Source of the DNA: Amphiscolops sp. MND2022
Lineage: Eukaryota
Reading direction: 5' to 3'
Assembly (NCBI GenBank): GCA_964187785.1
Contig: OZ076409.1
Span: 96,350,001-96,414,000, forward strand
DNA length: 64,000 nt
In this document: positions 25,257 to 39,499 of the stretch, piece after piece
Layout: the number at the start of each line of letters is the position of its first letter
Numbering within the stretch: the stretch's first letter is position 1
Notes under the pieces: model-generated
What the model was told of the DNA's origin: nothing
Seen by the model: only the letters and a program-made list of their open reading frames with translations
Database searches by the model: none
Program-made: the position numbers and the translations under genes

Positions 25257-28200
25257 TGTTCTATTTCTTGGTTAGACAATAAAAACAGTGTTTTGTAAAA
25301 TATATCTTCGAACAGAAAGCAATGTCAAAACGATCTTTTCTCTAAGTTCAACGGTAACTTATTGATGTATTTCTAGCACGAAAGATCTAGCACAATGTTT
25401 ACAAATGTATATAAACATAAATTTCATTTAGGACTATAAAAAGATCAAAGTTTGATTGACATTGTCAACCGAAGGAATCGGTTCGGTATTACACCGTATA
25501 ACATTCCCTCTCCTCTAAGCTCTTTCAGCTTATTGCTTCGACGGTCCTGGAGTCGGTGTTTTCTCCCGGATGAAGTCTTCTGGTTTCGTCAGTGGTTTCG
25601 GGGGCTCTTTCCTGATGATCCATTGTTCGCCTGTAAAAAGTTTTATATTAAAATTATGTCAAAGTGTTTTGTATATGTGACTCCCCCTTATCTATTCGGT
25701 TGTTTACTTTCACGGTTTGACCGTCTTATTCCTTCGTTCTCGGTTGTATTAATTTTAAATTTTGTCTCACCGGTGTTTAGTTCGCCGTCGGTATGCAGGT
25801 TCAATTCATCCTCGGGGGATGTTGTTATGGGTCGGTAGCAGCCGTCTTTTTCGGAGGTGTCGTGATTTTCGAAATCGCTCTGATCCTCGTCTATTTCGCC
25901 TTCCTCGCTTTCCGAGTCTGATCTGGTCCTCGGGTTCGGAATGAATTTTAGCTTTCCGTTGAGTACGTCTCGCAGGATTTCATTCCATTGTATATATTTA
26001 CCGTCGACTCCTCTGAGGCAATGGCGGTTTTTAGGAGTGATGTTGTCTCCGATTTTCGGTGCTGCTTTCTTCTCTTTCTGAAATACAATTGGATCCGAAA
26101 TAAATTTTCGGTGGATTAATTTCCCGGTATCGGTGGTTACGGTATGTTCCGTACCATTTACTGCGGTTTGTAATTTTGTTTGGAATCTACCTTCCAGTGA
26201 TTTTTTATTATGGTTTTTTTCGAATTGAAAGGGGTATGTACCAACCAAATTTTTCTTCTTCGGGAATTTTTCGGCTAGCGCTTTTTCCTCGCTTTTGGTT
26301 CGGGCCATCACGAGATGGTTTGATACTTCCCCGTCACCATTTCTGGTAATGTAGATGGGGATTTTCGGTCTGTTGCTTGCTGAAACAGGTAATTCCGACC
26401 AGTTAGATAGGAATGACCTTCCGTATTTAATTACATTCGTTAGTTCGGTTCTCGGTTTACGACCGTGATGTAATTCAAATGGTGTATTTTCATTCCCGTA
26501 TGTATTGTAAAGCGCATCACGTTTAGCGCTCTATTTAGACATATGTTTTATTCTAGGTTAGTAATAATCAAGTTCTTCAGCGTTTGTATTGCGCGTTCTA
26601 TTGCTCCCGTACCGGTATGAATTCTCGGTGTACTATATTCAATTTCAATGTTTTTCAATTCGCAAAATTCTTTGTATTCTTTTGAAATAAACGTTTTTGT
26701 CTTTGTCCGTTTTTATATTCTCCGGTAATCCGTATAAGTTAAAATTTTGTTTCAGAAAATTTATGACCTCTTTAGTTTCCGCTGATTTGCAGATGTTCGC
26801 CGTTGGCCATTTACTGAATCTGTCTACCGCGATTAAGATTTGATGTTCTCCGTTTAATTTTTTGTTGTTTAGTTTTCAGCAAAAGTCTATTTGAACTTCT
26901 TGTCCCGGTTCCGTTAGTGTTTTCAGTTTTCCGAATTCGCGTTTCGGTATTTGGTATTTTAAATTCTTACCAGATGCCATGCATGCCACGCAGTTTTTTG
27001 TTTTCTCCTCGATCTCTTTCTGCATGTTTGGCCACCAAAATATTTTGGCTTCCGCTGCCATTTCTGTGTATCCGGCGTGACCGAAGTGCAGTGTTTCTAG
27101 TAGCTTCTTTCTCAGCTCCGTTGGCACAATTATTCGGTCGTCGTTGAAAGTTAGTCCCCACTTGTTGCTCAGTTTCTCAAATGTTGTTCGGTATGTTTCT
27201 GGGGCCGTGTTCTTTTCATTTCGTCTCATTGCGTCTCTGACTCTATTCAGCTCCGCGTCCGTGGTTGACTTTGCTATCAGTGTTTTGAGATCGAGCATGA
27301 AATCGAACTCGGCTTTTTCAATTGTTTCTTCGGTTAATTTTTTGTTTCCGGTGATTTTGTCGATCACTTGATTTATTTGTATAAATTGGGCTTCCTTCCC
27401 TTCGGTGTTGAATGCCTTCAAGTCGACGATTGGGAAGTTATCACCCCGGATTACTTGACTCTTGCGTTTCTTGCTCTTCTTCTTCTTCGGCCCTTTCTTC
27501 TAGGGGTCTGTATCCTCCCCCAAATCTGTTTGCCCGTGACATTCGTTCACCGTCTACCTCGGCAATTTCCTCCCTGCTTCTTTTGTTCGGCCTTGAGGGG
27601 ACCCATATTTGTCTTTGAGCATTCATGTCGAATTTTCTTCTCATCGTTCCGGGTCGGGAAATCTCTAGACGTCTTTCTACCAGTCTCAGTGTCTCCGGGC
27701 TCTTTCTCCTTTTCCGGATTATTTCCATTATTTCCGCTGTCGCACCCCAGTGAAAGTAATCCCGGTCCATTTCGGTCTTAAATACAGGTAAATTTTGTAA
27801 AGAAGTTCGGTTTGAAAATGAGTTTGAATTCGGATTTCAATTTTATTTTGATGTTCGCGTATGACTTTCCGTTTTTAGGTTTTTGTCGTCGATTGTTTAC
27901 AATGAGTTTCGCTTGTTCGCGTTTTTTGTTCACGTCTCGGTTTTTCTCGAATGTTCTATTCCGCTGTGATTGGTCGTTAGAATTAATTTCGGTCGTTTTT
28001 GTTCTTTCCATCGCGCTTTGTGATTGGTCGGCGATAATTTGTCCGTATTTTCTTTTCAACTCGGCTTGTTCTGAAAGGATGTTAATCACGTATTGCTCAT
28101 CGTATATGTCTTCGGTTGTTGCGTTTTCTACCGGATTTCTACTTAAGAAGTCGGTAAACTTTAAATTACTTCCTGCGATGTGTTGAATAGCTATATCAAA

Positions 28201-31105
28201 GTGCGCACGCCGGTCTAACCATCTGGTTAGTCTTGCGCTGTATTGTCTATTTCACCGGTTCCTTTTTATAAAAGGTTCGAGCGCTTGGTGGTCTGTGTAG
28301 AGAAAGACTTTCTTTCTGTATAGATAAAATCGGAACTTTTCTAAACCCCAGACAACTGCAAGTAATTCCAGTTCTCCAATTGAGTAGTTCTGCTCACTAT
28401 CATTTAAGTATCTGCTACCAAAAGCTATCGGTTTAATTTCTCCATCCGACTGTTTCTGCAATAATGTAATTCCAAGTCCGGTTTTGCTTGCATCGGTTGT
28501 CATTATATTTTCTCGATCCTTTGCAAGCAAGGTTCTTCGGTTAGCAATTTCTTTGTTTTCAAAATCTTCATTTTGCTGTTTTCCCCAATTCCACGTGAAG
28601 TCTTTCTTGAGGAGTTTTCGGAGTCTTTCTGTTCTTTCTGATAATCTTGGTAAGAATTTTGCGAGAAATTGGATGGCACTGAGAAATGATTTCAGTTGTT
28701 TCTGATTTTCCGGGTGTTTTAATTCCAGTATTGTTTCACTTTTTCTTTATTTGGTTTAATTCCCATTTCGTCAATTTCGTGTCCCAGCCATTTTGTTCTA
28801 TCTAGGAAGAATTCGGATTTTCTTTCGCTTGCTCGGTATCCTGCATTCTCCAGTTTTTTCAGTATCTCGAATAATTACTTCTCGTGTTCTTTCCGGCTAC
28901 CCCGGGTTACCACTATTATGTCGTCCAGTCATGCCGGTGGGGAGTATTCTAGTGTTCGGTCAATTTTTTCTTGAAATTTTGTGGTGATATCGGCAAGACC
29001 GTAAAACCCATTTTTAAATCTGTAATATCCACTGAAGTTTCCTCCCGTTATTGCGAATACGCATTGTCGGCTTGTCTCTTTTGATAATATCATTTGGCCG
29101 TATGCGTAGTCGAGGTCACGTTTCGAGATATTCAGTTCTTTTGTTCGGTCTCTTGTGATTTCCACCGAAATTTGGTTCAATAGTTCTTTCATGTTCGGCA
29201 TGTGTGGTCGGATTTTTATACAGCTGTCATTTAGTTTTCTTGAGTTCAGTGCTATTTTGACCGATTTATCGTTTTTTACTGTAATTACTACCGGTGAAAC
29301 AAAGCAATCTTCATCTACGTGTTTAACCTTTTCCAGATGTCCGGTTTTTATCAATTTTTCTAGTTCTTTCCCGGCCTCCTCTTGTAGGTGTAATGGGATC
29401 GGTCTTGCTTTCTGTTTCACCGGATAGTGTCCTGGTTTCAGCCGAATATTTATTTCGATATCTTTTATTGTGGTGTTGTTCTTGAATAAGTCTGGGAACT
29501 TTTCGATCACTCGTCTCTTTTCCGATTGATTGATAACTTCCGTTCGGATATTTTCGATTGTCAAATTGAATTTTTTCATCCAATCCATTCCGAGTAATGG
29601 TGTAATGTCGTTTTTTTCGGTAATTGGAATTTGCATTTTTTGTTTGTTGTTCTCATATTCAATGTTTGCCCGTATTTTCCCCCCGGAATTTCACTTCATT
29701 TTTGTTTACATCTTGATACCGTTGTTTCACTTTTGTATCTCGGTTTGTTTCAGTATTTTCTCGTCCACGGGCATTATTGAAATTGGTGATCCGGTATCCA
29801 CGATAATTTCTTTTTCAATACCGTTTACTTTCACCACGGCTGTCAGGCATTTGTTTCTGTCGGTAATTCTATTTATTCTTTCAATTCTGTGTATGCTTGT
29901 TTCTGACTCTTCGGATTCTCCTCCAATTATTTCTGACTCGTCTTTGGTCACATTGCGTACTTTGCGTTTGTAGTTGTCTTTGTCTGCATACCCGTGCGAA
30001 GTGTCCCTTCTTTCCGCAGTTGTTACAAAGTTTTCCCAGCGCCGGGCATTTGTGAGTAGGATTCCAGTTCGGTGCGTTGCAAAATTGGCTGGGTTTCTCT
30101 TTTGTAAATTTGTTCTTCGGTCTTGTGTCGGATCTTTCCATTCTTTGTATCGGTTCTTCTTTTATTTCTTTTTCTCGGTGTAAAATTAAAGCTTCCCGTA
30201 TTGTGTTTTTTCGATTCTTTTTTTCGTATGTGTTCTGTTCAATCATTTCGATTGTCTTTTTCAGTTCGAGTTTCTTCTCTTTCATTAGTTTATCCCGAAG
30301 TTTCGTGTCCGTAATTGCGGTCATGAATTTTGAAATCAATAAGTCTTCGGCTGTTATTCCCTCAAATGCACATTCTTTTTCTGTTTCTATAAGTCTCCGC
30401 CAAAAGTCTTCTGGTGTTTCGGATTCGGTTTGTCTTGTCCAGACGAATTCTCCGCGATTGTGATAGGTGTTCCGCTTTGGTAAGAAATATTCATTGAATA
30501 GTCGGATAAGGTCTTTTACCGCTATTTTGTCAGGTTCGGTTTTATATTCTGCCCGGGTCATTTGGTATAATGCTTCGGGGCCAATTCCCCATATGAAGTC
30601 TTCTATGATTTCTGTTTCTTTTCCGGACCAACCGGTATGTGTCATCTCGGCTCCTCGTATCAGTTCGGTATTGTCCATTTTGTGTTTCCTTTTTGCGTAT
30701 TGCCGGATTCTTTCGAGCCATTGTTTCGGTGTAAATATCTTTTTTCCGTCTGATGTGGCTTCGAAATTCGGTAGGTACTTCAATCTTGCTTTCTTCTGTC
30801 ATTTTCTTTGTTTTGTTGAATCATTCTTGGGTAATTTCAATTTGCTGACTGCGCCATGTTGTTCTTCTTGGTTAGACAATAAAAACTGTTTTGTAAAATA
30901 AATCTTCGAACAGAAAGCAATGTCAAAACGGTCTTTTCTCTAAGTTCAACGGTAACTGAATGATGTATTTCTAGCAAGAAAGATCTATCTAGCACAATGT
31001 TAACAAGTGTATATAAACATAAATCTCATTTAGGACTATAAAAAGATCAAAGTTTGATTGACATTGTCAACCGAAGGAATCGGTTCGGTATTACACCGTA
31101 TAACA
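25257..31105 (-). mobile_element. Ty3/Gypsy LTR retrotransposon A (Mag/SURL-like), full length but degenerate
   Basis: LTRs 25257-25503 and 30857-31105 (TG..CA), TSD TAATG, PBS TGGCGCAGTCAGC, PPT AGAGGAGAGGGAA. Gag with zinc knuckles, protease (VDTGS), RT, RNase H (TDAS, ELELLAV) and integrase (H..GH..C..C) are broken by stops and frameshifts. Confidence 0.95.
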
Positions 31106-32885
31106 TAATGTTGCCAGCAACTTTTAATATGATTTTCTGAAAGTCTTACGGAAACTTTCATGCGAAAATATTCCCGGTTGTATTTAATTTTTATCAAGCT
31201 GCTTTAAAGATTCATCATAGTTTTGGCGGCAATTTCAACCCTTGAAGTCTTGCAGGTTTCATTAAGCAGCAGCTATAATTTTAAAAGCAAATAAGTTGCT
31301 ATCAGTTTTAGCGCTAATTTGATTTATAGACAAAGATCTCGAAATTTTTCAGTTGGATCTCAGCGAGAGTCTTGCATTGGGGTCCATGGGAACCAAGATG
31401 CTAGTAAGAGGGCCAACCTTTAGTTTAGTCAAAAATATTTTACGGCAACGGTGGCGCTGAGCATTATGTAACACCATGTAGTAGAGAGAGAGAGAGAGAT
31501 AGGCTTAATTCCATCAGCAATGGATTAAAGTGAACGCAAATGTATGACTTATGCAGGACAAAATGAACAAAAACATTTGACAAAATGTGAGCACGAATTA
31601 TTCAAATTGTAAAAATCATATGTTCTGGCTAAGTGATATTTAGATAGGGAAAGTTTCAACGTTATCAAGGACATGTCAAATGAAATGATTTTCCGCCGTA
31701 TGAGTTCGTTAGCAGCACGTGTTGATCGGATGAAAAAGTTGTCTGTCATCAGTAGAAATTTTGCGCGAAGAAGGAATCTGAAACAACCCGATTGAAGAGG
31801 AACGTGTTGGCAAGGAAACAGAAGGAATGTTATAATGCACATCGATAGCTCCATTACAGAGTTTCCAAAGAAAAACGATGTCATCTCTGATCAGGCAGTA
31901 ACACACTGGAAGCATCTTGAGAGATTGCAAAATTTGGGAAAGTATCTAAGTCTCTCAAAAAGACGCTCATTTGTCTCACGAATCTTGCAAAATCTTACTG
32001 AAAATACATTTCCAGTCATAGAGAGACGACATAAAAAAACTTGACGCTAATACTTGACATAAAATAAATACAGAGACGACATGACAAAACTTCGTAAAAT
32101 AAATCATGTGAATTAATGACGTCGCAGGAGAAAACCTTTCTCTGCAGAGTGTGTCGTTCATAATGATGTTTTATGACATCAGCAAAGTTCTATCATATCC
32201 AATATTGTCCCTTTTCATACGACCAGCCAACCAGGGATTATCTCAGATTACATACTTAATTTGTTTTTACTTCTGAACTTTTATTTTTCAAAAATGTTCT
32301 CGAATTTTTCCATTTCATCTTGTCCATTTGCCAAATTTGAGTTAAAACTTTCACAAATTATAAAATTTTCTCAAATTTGCTTGAAATTTTAAAATTTTGA
32401 AAATAAAGCTTCATTTGTAGAAACAGAAATGGCAAATAAATTTTTTATTCTACGGAAATTGCACTCAAATTTCTGCGATTGAAGCCCACAAAATAATCCG
32501 ACAGATAAATTTTGAATGCAGCAAAATTTCGAAAATGCTTTTTTAAAAGAAATAGATGCTACTGAGTTACTACAGATAAGAGTAAACGAAAACAGATAAA
32601 CTTACCAAACTGTTTTTCAATGATGTCTTGCAACTAACCTCAATCCAAAACTCTAAAGATGCTAGTATTAGGTTTCTAAGAATTTGATAGGGTTAAAAGC
32701 CTGATAGGGTTAAATCATTTGTCCGAGCTCCTACAAGCGGTGCATTCGAATCAGTGATACATTATGATGCCAAAAAGACAGCTAATGTCACAAGCAAAAA
32801 TTTAAAACACCGCTTTTTTAGCACATATAGTTAACAAGACGCCCGCTAAGCACCGGGATATTTTCCGCTAAAAATGTAATCCATC

Positions 32886-32958
32886 ATGACGGGTTCGAAC
32901 CCACGACCTCGTGTCTCGTGTCTGCTAGGCAGACGTTTTGCCAACTGCACCACGGTGA
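32886..32958 (-). pseudogene. tRNA-derived (Ala-like) sequence, pseudo-tRNA or SINE head
   Basis: A box TGGTGCAGTTGG, B box GGTTCGAACCC, TAGC loop, a 7-bp internal duplication and no proper acceptor stem. Confidence 0.55.
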
Positions 32959-33584
32959 TAGATTTACCAAATGGAGTAATAAAGTGGAGTTTTGGCAGAA
33001 TTTGTAAAAAAAAACGGAACACAGATTATGATTTTCCTCCCATTATAGGTGGGCGGAAAATAAAAAATCACAAGGGCAAAAGGTTCTCAGTTTTGATAAG
33101 GGTCAGAACCTTTATCTGTGACAAATTACATGGACTGCATGTATTCAAAGATACACTACGGTACAAAACTTGGAAGACAGCTGATATCAAAGGCTAATAT
33201 CAGTTGTAATTCCGTCAGGACATTATTTTGCCGTCAAGAAAAAAAATCGAAGAACTCGCATTTTGTTGAGATCATGTAGCGGAGTAAATTCGTGAAGCGG
33301 GAGTTTTCATGAAAAATCAAAAGTTAGAGAGCTGACTTGAATGTTTAAAACTTGTCCGTGGCAATTTTTGTTACGAAGAGAGGTTCTTGAGAAATTGCAT
33401 GATGAACAGTTTAAAATGCCAAAAGCTTAAAATAAGCCAAGTGGTATTATAATATAGGATTTTTTGTTCAATTTCAAAACAGGAAATACCACTGCAATCG
33501 TGATGGAAGCTGGAGAAAATTTTGCTCATTTTAGGTCCTTGAGTAAGTTGCAATTCGAAGTTTTTCACCAACGAAGTCTATTGT

Positions 33585-36500
33585 TAAAGTAAACTGAGGA
33601 AGAAGGTGGATAATAAGGTTAAATGAAAAGCGTATTGAAGATAAGAATAGCAACTGTAGACAAAGTTCTAAGCTGTGTGTTACAACTATATCGTATCAAC
33701 AATGTATTGTATCTTACGTGTTACATGACATCAGATTTTGGCAGGTACATGAATTTGTTTGTGAGTTGGCCATGAATTGTCTACTGCATGCCACAGGTCC
33801 CCCTCAGCTGGTTTTAGGAGAACGATTAATGGTTTGGCATATCCTTCTTCAGGCGAGGGAATGTTGTCATTGGATATCCTCTCGAGGTAGGAGGGCAGAA
33901 GGTGTTTCCTAAACGACTAAACTTAATAAAAATATTCAACCCCAATAAAGTGTTCCACCCTTTTTGCTGTTTTTGTCCTTTCTGATCTACGTGGTTCTAA
34001 TTCAAACCTGACTATGTTCCTTATTTCTTCGTTAGCTTGTTTTGACCTTAATTTACCTGTCATTCCTTCTTTGTTCCCTTCTTCCGCTATGGTGGTGTTT
34101 GTCTCTTGACTTCTTATCGGGGTGCCTGATGGATGGAGTTGTCAAGTAGTTGGGGCTATCGCGATGCTGCACCCAATTGGCGAAGTCATTGTCGGCGTCT
34201 GAGCCCGTAGCGTCTCGACTTGCCGTCTGATTTCGGCCTTCAGACCGGTCTTCTCGGAGTAACTGTACGTATCGGAGCTCTCTCTGTCCACATTTGGCAC
34301 CATAGAATCCGAGTCACGGTTGGATGAGTCATACATGACCACACGGCTGTATGTAGGCTTTTCCGATGGCATTGCTGGCATTGTGTGACTTGGACCAGCA
34401 TCGTTGTCCGCCTGATTGTTTTTTGGGTCTCCATTGGTTCTGAGACGCTGGTGAGTCTCACAGTAATCGTCGCTACTGAACTTCCGCATCTGCGGCATCT
34501 GCTGATGGTCTTCTTCTATTCTTCAGAATTTCTGGAGGTCTGAAATTTCAGTGGTTTAGAGGCTAGCTTTTTATGTATAATTTTCCTTCCGAGAATGTGA
34601 TAGTGTCGTCAGTTTTTTTATCGCAGTTAAAATATAGTCGGTTTTCAATCCACATTTCATTGAATCACGTTTATTTTCCTTCTCATAAAATTGATACTTT
34701 TTAAAATTCCGGCTTATCGAACGACCTTTTTTTCTGGTATCATTAAGTACCAAGTAATCAGCCATCTCGCCATCTGAGTCATTGATTGTGAAGACCTGCA
34801 GTTCCCTCGGCTGGGCTGAAATGTAATTGGTTATTGTTCTTTTCCATTTAGATAGTAGGCATTCTGATTTGCTGATTAAATTTGTAAGTGCGGTGCGTGG
34901 TTTCGTGCGTAGATGCATTTGGAAAGTTTATTTAGATGCATTTGTGATGTTTATTCTACTATGCGGCGTCTGTCTAATTGTTTTGATTGCTAATTGGACG
35001 CTGTCTTCGAATATTAATTCGCCTGCCATATTTGCTCTGGTTAATGATTTAATTGTCCGTTTTGTTCGTTCAACTGGTGTGTGTGTAAACTCGGAGTGCA
35101 CCTTATGCGCTGGATGTTTTTGCCGTTGCAGAATTTTTTAAATTCGTTACTTTCAAAACAGCCGTTGTTGTCGGTTTGAATACACTGTGGTGTTCCGTTA
35201 TCCTGGAAATCGTTAAAAAATTCAAGACGAACGTGTGTCCGCGTTTTTACAAATGTGTGCGGTAGGCCGTTTACTAAAACGGTCGAAAGCTACTAAAAGA
35301 TATACGTCGCCCCACGTCTTTGATTTGATTGGACCGGCAAAGTCCAATTGAATTTCTTGGTTCGTTTCGAATAAAATTTCCAGTTTATTTTTCTCCGTTG
35401 ATGGAATTTATGTTGTAATGTCCTTACCTGCAGCTCTGCCACTCGGGCATGTTTCACCAGAAAGCTTCAGCGAGGTGATCCATTTTAACTGCCGACGTGT
35501 GGCCTTGATGCAGCATGGCGGTAATAGTGGTCCTCATGTTCTCGGGGATAACAATTTCATCATTATAAAATAATAATCCGAATCTTGCGGAGAGGTGTAA
35601 ACGGTGGGGGCGGTAAGGATAGATAATGCTCTCCAGCTGCTCTTTTTCAATGGCTGCAAATGCGTTTAGGATTTTTATATCCCGGGAGGTTTCGTCTACC
35701 AGTAATTGTAAGTCCAGTGAGAAGTCCATCTCAGCTTTCTTTATGACTTCGGCCGTCTTGTTCTGTTCCGAATTGAGAGTGTTGATTTTTGCTCTCTGTT
35801 TCAGTCGTATCAGATTTACCGATTAGTGTTTGCGAAGTTTCAAAGCATTTGTGGTGCATTTGTCTCGTTTAATTCGGCTATTCTGGCTTTCCCCATCAGA
35901 CTTATTGCTGTTTGTCCAAAAATATTCGCTGTTTTGCTGAAATTTTTTGTAAGGGAGTTGTTCCAAGGGTCTCGCAGTAACGGAAGAAACGGTTATAAAT
36001 TTCAATGTTCAGTTCAACAATTCGTTTGCGGCCGATCTGGGATAGTCGATGCTCTTGTATTCTCTCGTTGCCCTTTCCATTTCCTTCAATTCTTGTGTTG
36101 TCGGGCTTCAGGATGTGGTTTCTTTCATCCCAGAGGCGTTTTGTTACTGGGGAATGGGCTCTCTTCTTGTATATAAATTCCATGTCGATGCCATTGACTT
36201 TGTCCATTTTGTTAAATGAGGACGGTAGAATTTTTTAGGGCGTTTGAATTAGTACTGTTTGGCAACGATGACGTTTTGTGCAAATGGTCCTTTTGATTTT
36301 GTTCACGTATGTTTTTATCGCCTTGTGATTGGTCGGAGTTTTCTCTCACTGTCGCTTGTTCGGTGAATTGTTTTGTGCTTCCTCGCATTTGGTTGAATTC
36401 AAAGAGACCTCATATTTGATTAACAACGAACTCTTCGGCTTCCGTTTCGTTTTGTCCGTCCGGTTTTTTTTTGTAATTCGGTAAACTCGGTCGGTACTAT

Positions 36501-39259
36501 CGGATATCGGCTCAAGTAGTCCGTTAACGGAATGTTTTTGCCGGCCGTATACTGCCCATTACCAACGAAATGGCTCAATCTATCCAACCGACGTGTTAAT
36601 CTAGTGCTGTACTGCTTGTGTGCTCGGTTCTTCTTCAATAATAGTGGTCTGTTAAGAAATATACCCTTTTTCCGTAAACATAATACCTGAAGTATTTTTT
36701 TTCAATCTTTCGAAATCGTCGTCTGTCAGCGGTGTCCATTCCCATTTGACGTTTTTCTTCAGGAGTTTCCTCATTCAATTTGTCTTCTTTTACAGATTGT
36801 TAATGAACTTCGAAAGATGTTGAATGGAGTCCATGAAGGATTTTGATTCTTTTACGTTCTTCGGTGCTTCCAATTTGATGATTGCTTCTGTTTAATCTTT
36901 GATTGGTTTCACGCCTTCTTGGTTAAAATAGTATCCCAGCCATGTCAGTTCCTTTTTGAATAGTTCAGTTTTCCTTTCGCTGGCTCGATATCCGGCGTTT
37001 TGTAGTTTTGTGAGACTTTCTTGCACTTCAATTCGTGGTCTTCAATGCTGCCATTAGTTACGCAAATGATATCGTCTAGCCAAACTGGTGTTTTAATTTC
37101 CAGTACGGTGTATGTGTTTTTGGAAAATCGTGGGGATATCCGACAGCCCGTGAAAGCCTTTCTTGAAACGGTAAAGTCCAGTAAACCCACCTCCGATAAT
37201 CGAAAATACGCAATGTTTATCTGCTTCATTGGACAATTTTGCTTGACCATAATCCAAATTGATCTTCGACATCCAAATGTCACCGTCGTTTTTGGTAATT
37301 TCGGCAGAGATATTACTGATCAATTCTTCCATGTTCGGCATTGCTGCTTTCCTTTTTACACATGCCTCGTTTAGTTTTCTAGAATCCAGCGATATTTTGA
37401 CCGATTTTTTTCTCTATGATAATGACGGCGGGTGATATAAGGCAATTTTCGGTGGTTTTGTCAGCTTTTACGAGATGTCCCTTTTCGTTTAGTTTTTCTA
37501 GTTCTTCTCGCACGAGCTTTTGAAAATGAATAAGGACCGGTCGCCCTTTTTGTTGAATGGATTTGAATGGGTCTTTTTTCAACTGGATATCAAGAGTGAG
37601 ATCTTTGATAGTATGGCTGTTTTTGAATAAGTCTTCGTATTGGTGGATAATTCTTCCTCGTCTTTCGTCTTCTTCCACAAGACGTATGCAATTTGTATTC
37701 TTCCTGCACTGAAGACCAATTTCCAAATTGTCTAACCAATATAGGCCCAATATTGGTTGAGTGTTTTTGCTTTCTGTAATGAGAATTGGTAAAATCTTCT
37801 TGCTTTTCGCCGTTTTCACTTCCACCATTGCTTCGCCTTTGAATTTTATTGGGTTTGTTTTTACATCCACGAATTTTTTTTGTTGTTTTCTTCATTTCAA
37901 TCGGATTATCGGCGGTATAATCGTCACTGGTGAGCCGGTGTCTATGATGAATTCTATTGGTTGTCCCTGCAGCAGTAGGATTGCTTTGTAGTTGTAGAAA
38001 TTAACTCGATTGATGCCGTTGACGGATTGAATATGGTCAAATTCTGGCAATGATTCGGTATTGCTACCCGATGACGGTGCTTCACTCATCCGGTTGACGG
38101 TCTTGGATTTGCACACCTTGGCAAAGTTTGCCGTCTTTTTGCAGATGTTGCATTGTGATCTCAGTGTCGGGCATAATTGTTCCAATGACCAATTCGGTTT
38201 TCCGCAAAAGCGGCAATTCAGATTTGAAATTTTTCTCTTTTCGTTGAAAGTTGGTTTTCGTTTCCGTGTTTTGTGGGTGTGTCCGATCTGTTCGTCTCCT
38301 GATGAACTGTTTGTTGAGTCTTTTCTGAGTTTTTTCTTTCTCGGTTTTTTATCCTCGTTTTTCCGATTGTAGTTGTCGAATTCGATGGTTTCTAGTACCA
38401 ATTGGATTTTCAGCGCGCCTTTTATTAACTTGTCTCTGGCGTTTTTGACTTTGATGGTGTCCGCAAACTTGTAGGTGATAATTTCTTCCGCGGTGATACT
38501 GTTAAAATCGCTTTTCCTCTAGATGTCCATCAATCGTTTCCAACTTTCGTCCAAGCGTTTCGTCATCATCCTGCTTCATATTGAAGAATTTTGCCCTGCT
38601 CTGGAATACGTTTCCTACTGGAAGAAATGTTTTCTTGAATAAAGTCAATAAGTCCGGTAGATTGACGTCTTTTAATTCTCTCCCCCACTGACCTCTCATA
38701 ACTTCGTGTTTGGCTTTTCGGCCGAGCACCCAAAGGACATCGCCCTTTATGTGGTATACGGTGTGTGGGTCAATGTACTCGGCTCCTTGATCTATGATTT
38801 CGTCAAGTTTTCGGCTGTATGTCAGTTGTATATATTCTGAAATCTGTTCCCGCCACATTTTCGCGTTGATCTTTGTGAGGTCCGTTTCTCTGTCCGATTT
38901 TGTATTTGCTTCGTTCCGTCCATTTGGATGTTGTTTGATTATTGTTAGTTCTGGTTGGCTGTTCTGATGAATTCGGTCCACCTTCCGTTGAATTTGGGTC
39001 GCTGTTGTTTTCCACGTTGTTCTGTTCAAATTGCTGACTGCGCCATAAAGTAAACTGAGGAAGAAATTGGATAAAAACAAGGTTAAATTAAAAGCGTACT
39101 GAAGATAAGAAAAGCGACTATAGACAAACTTCTAAGCTGTGTGTTACAACTATATCGTATCAACAATGTATTGTATCTTACGTGTTACATGACATCAGAT
39201 TTTGGCAGGTACATGAATTTGTTTGTGAGTTGGCCATGAATAGTCTACTTCATGCCACA
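33585..39259 (-). mobile_element. Ty3/Gypsy LTR retrotransposon B (Mag-like), degenerate
   Basis: LTRs 33585-33795 and 39046-39259 (TG..TA), TSD ATTGT, PBS TGGCGCAGTCAGC, PPT GAGGGGGA. Fragments of gag, protease (IDTGS), RT (WLDD) and integrase; most of RNase H is deleted near 36690. Confidence 0.93.
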
Positions 39260-39499
39260 ATTGTCTTCAACGTTTAAGCACCCTAGTATAGCTTTGTTTC
39301 ATTGTCACTTCGTTTATCCTTCTGTTTAAGGTTGAGGTTTTGAAAAGGCAAACTGACAGTTTCAGATGGAAAAATTTCAAATCATACGAAATTTCAACCT
39401 ATGCAAATTCAACGGTTGTCATTTCAACTGCTCTTAATTTCAACTAGTTGCATTTTCAACGTTCTGCAATGCGAACTTTTTGTCTTCTCTTAAATCGAA

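Noticed and set aside
31549..32161. Cluster of short ORFs
   Set aside because: No recognisable motif or consistent splice structure.
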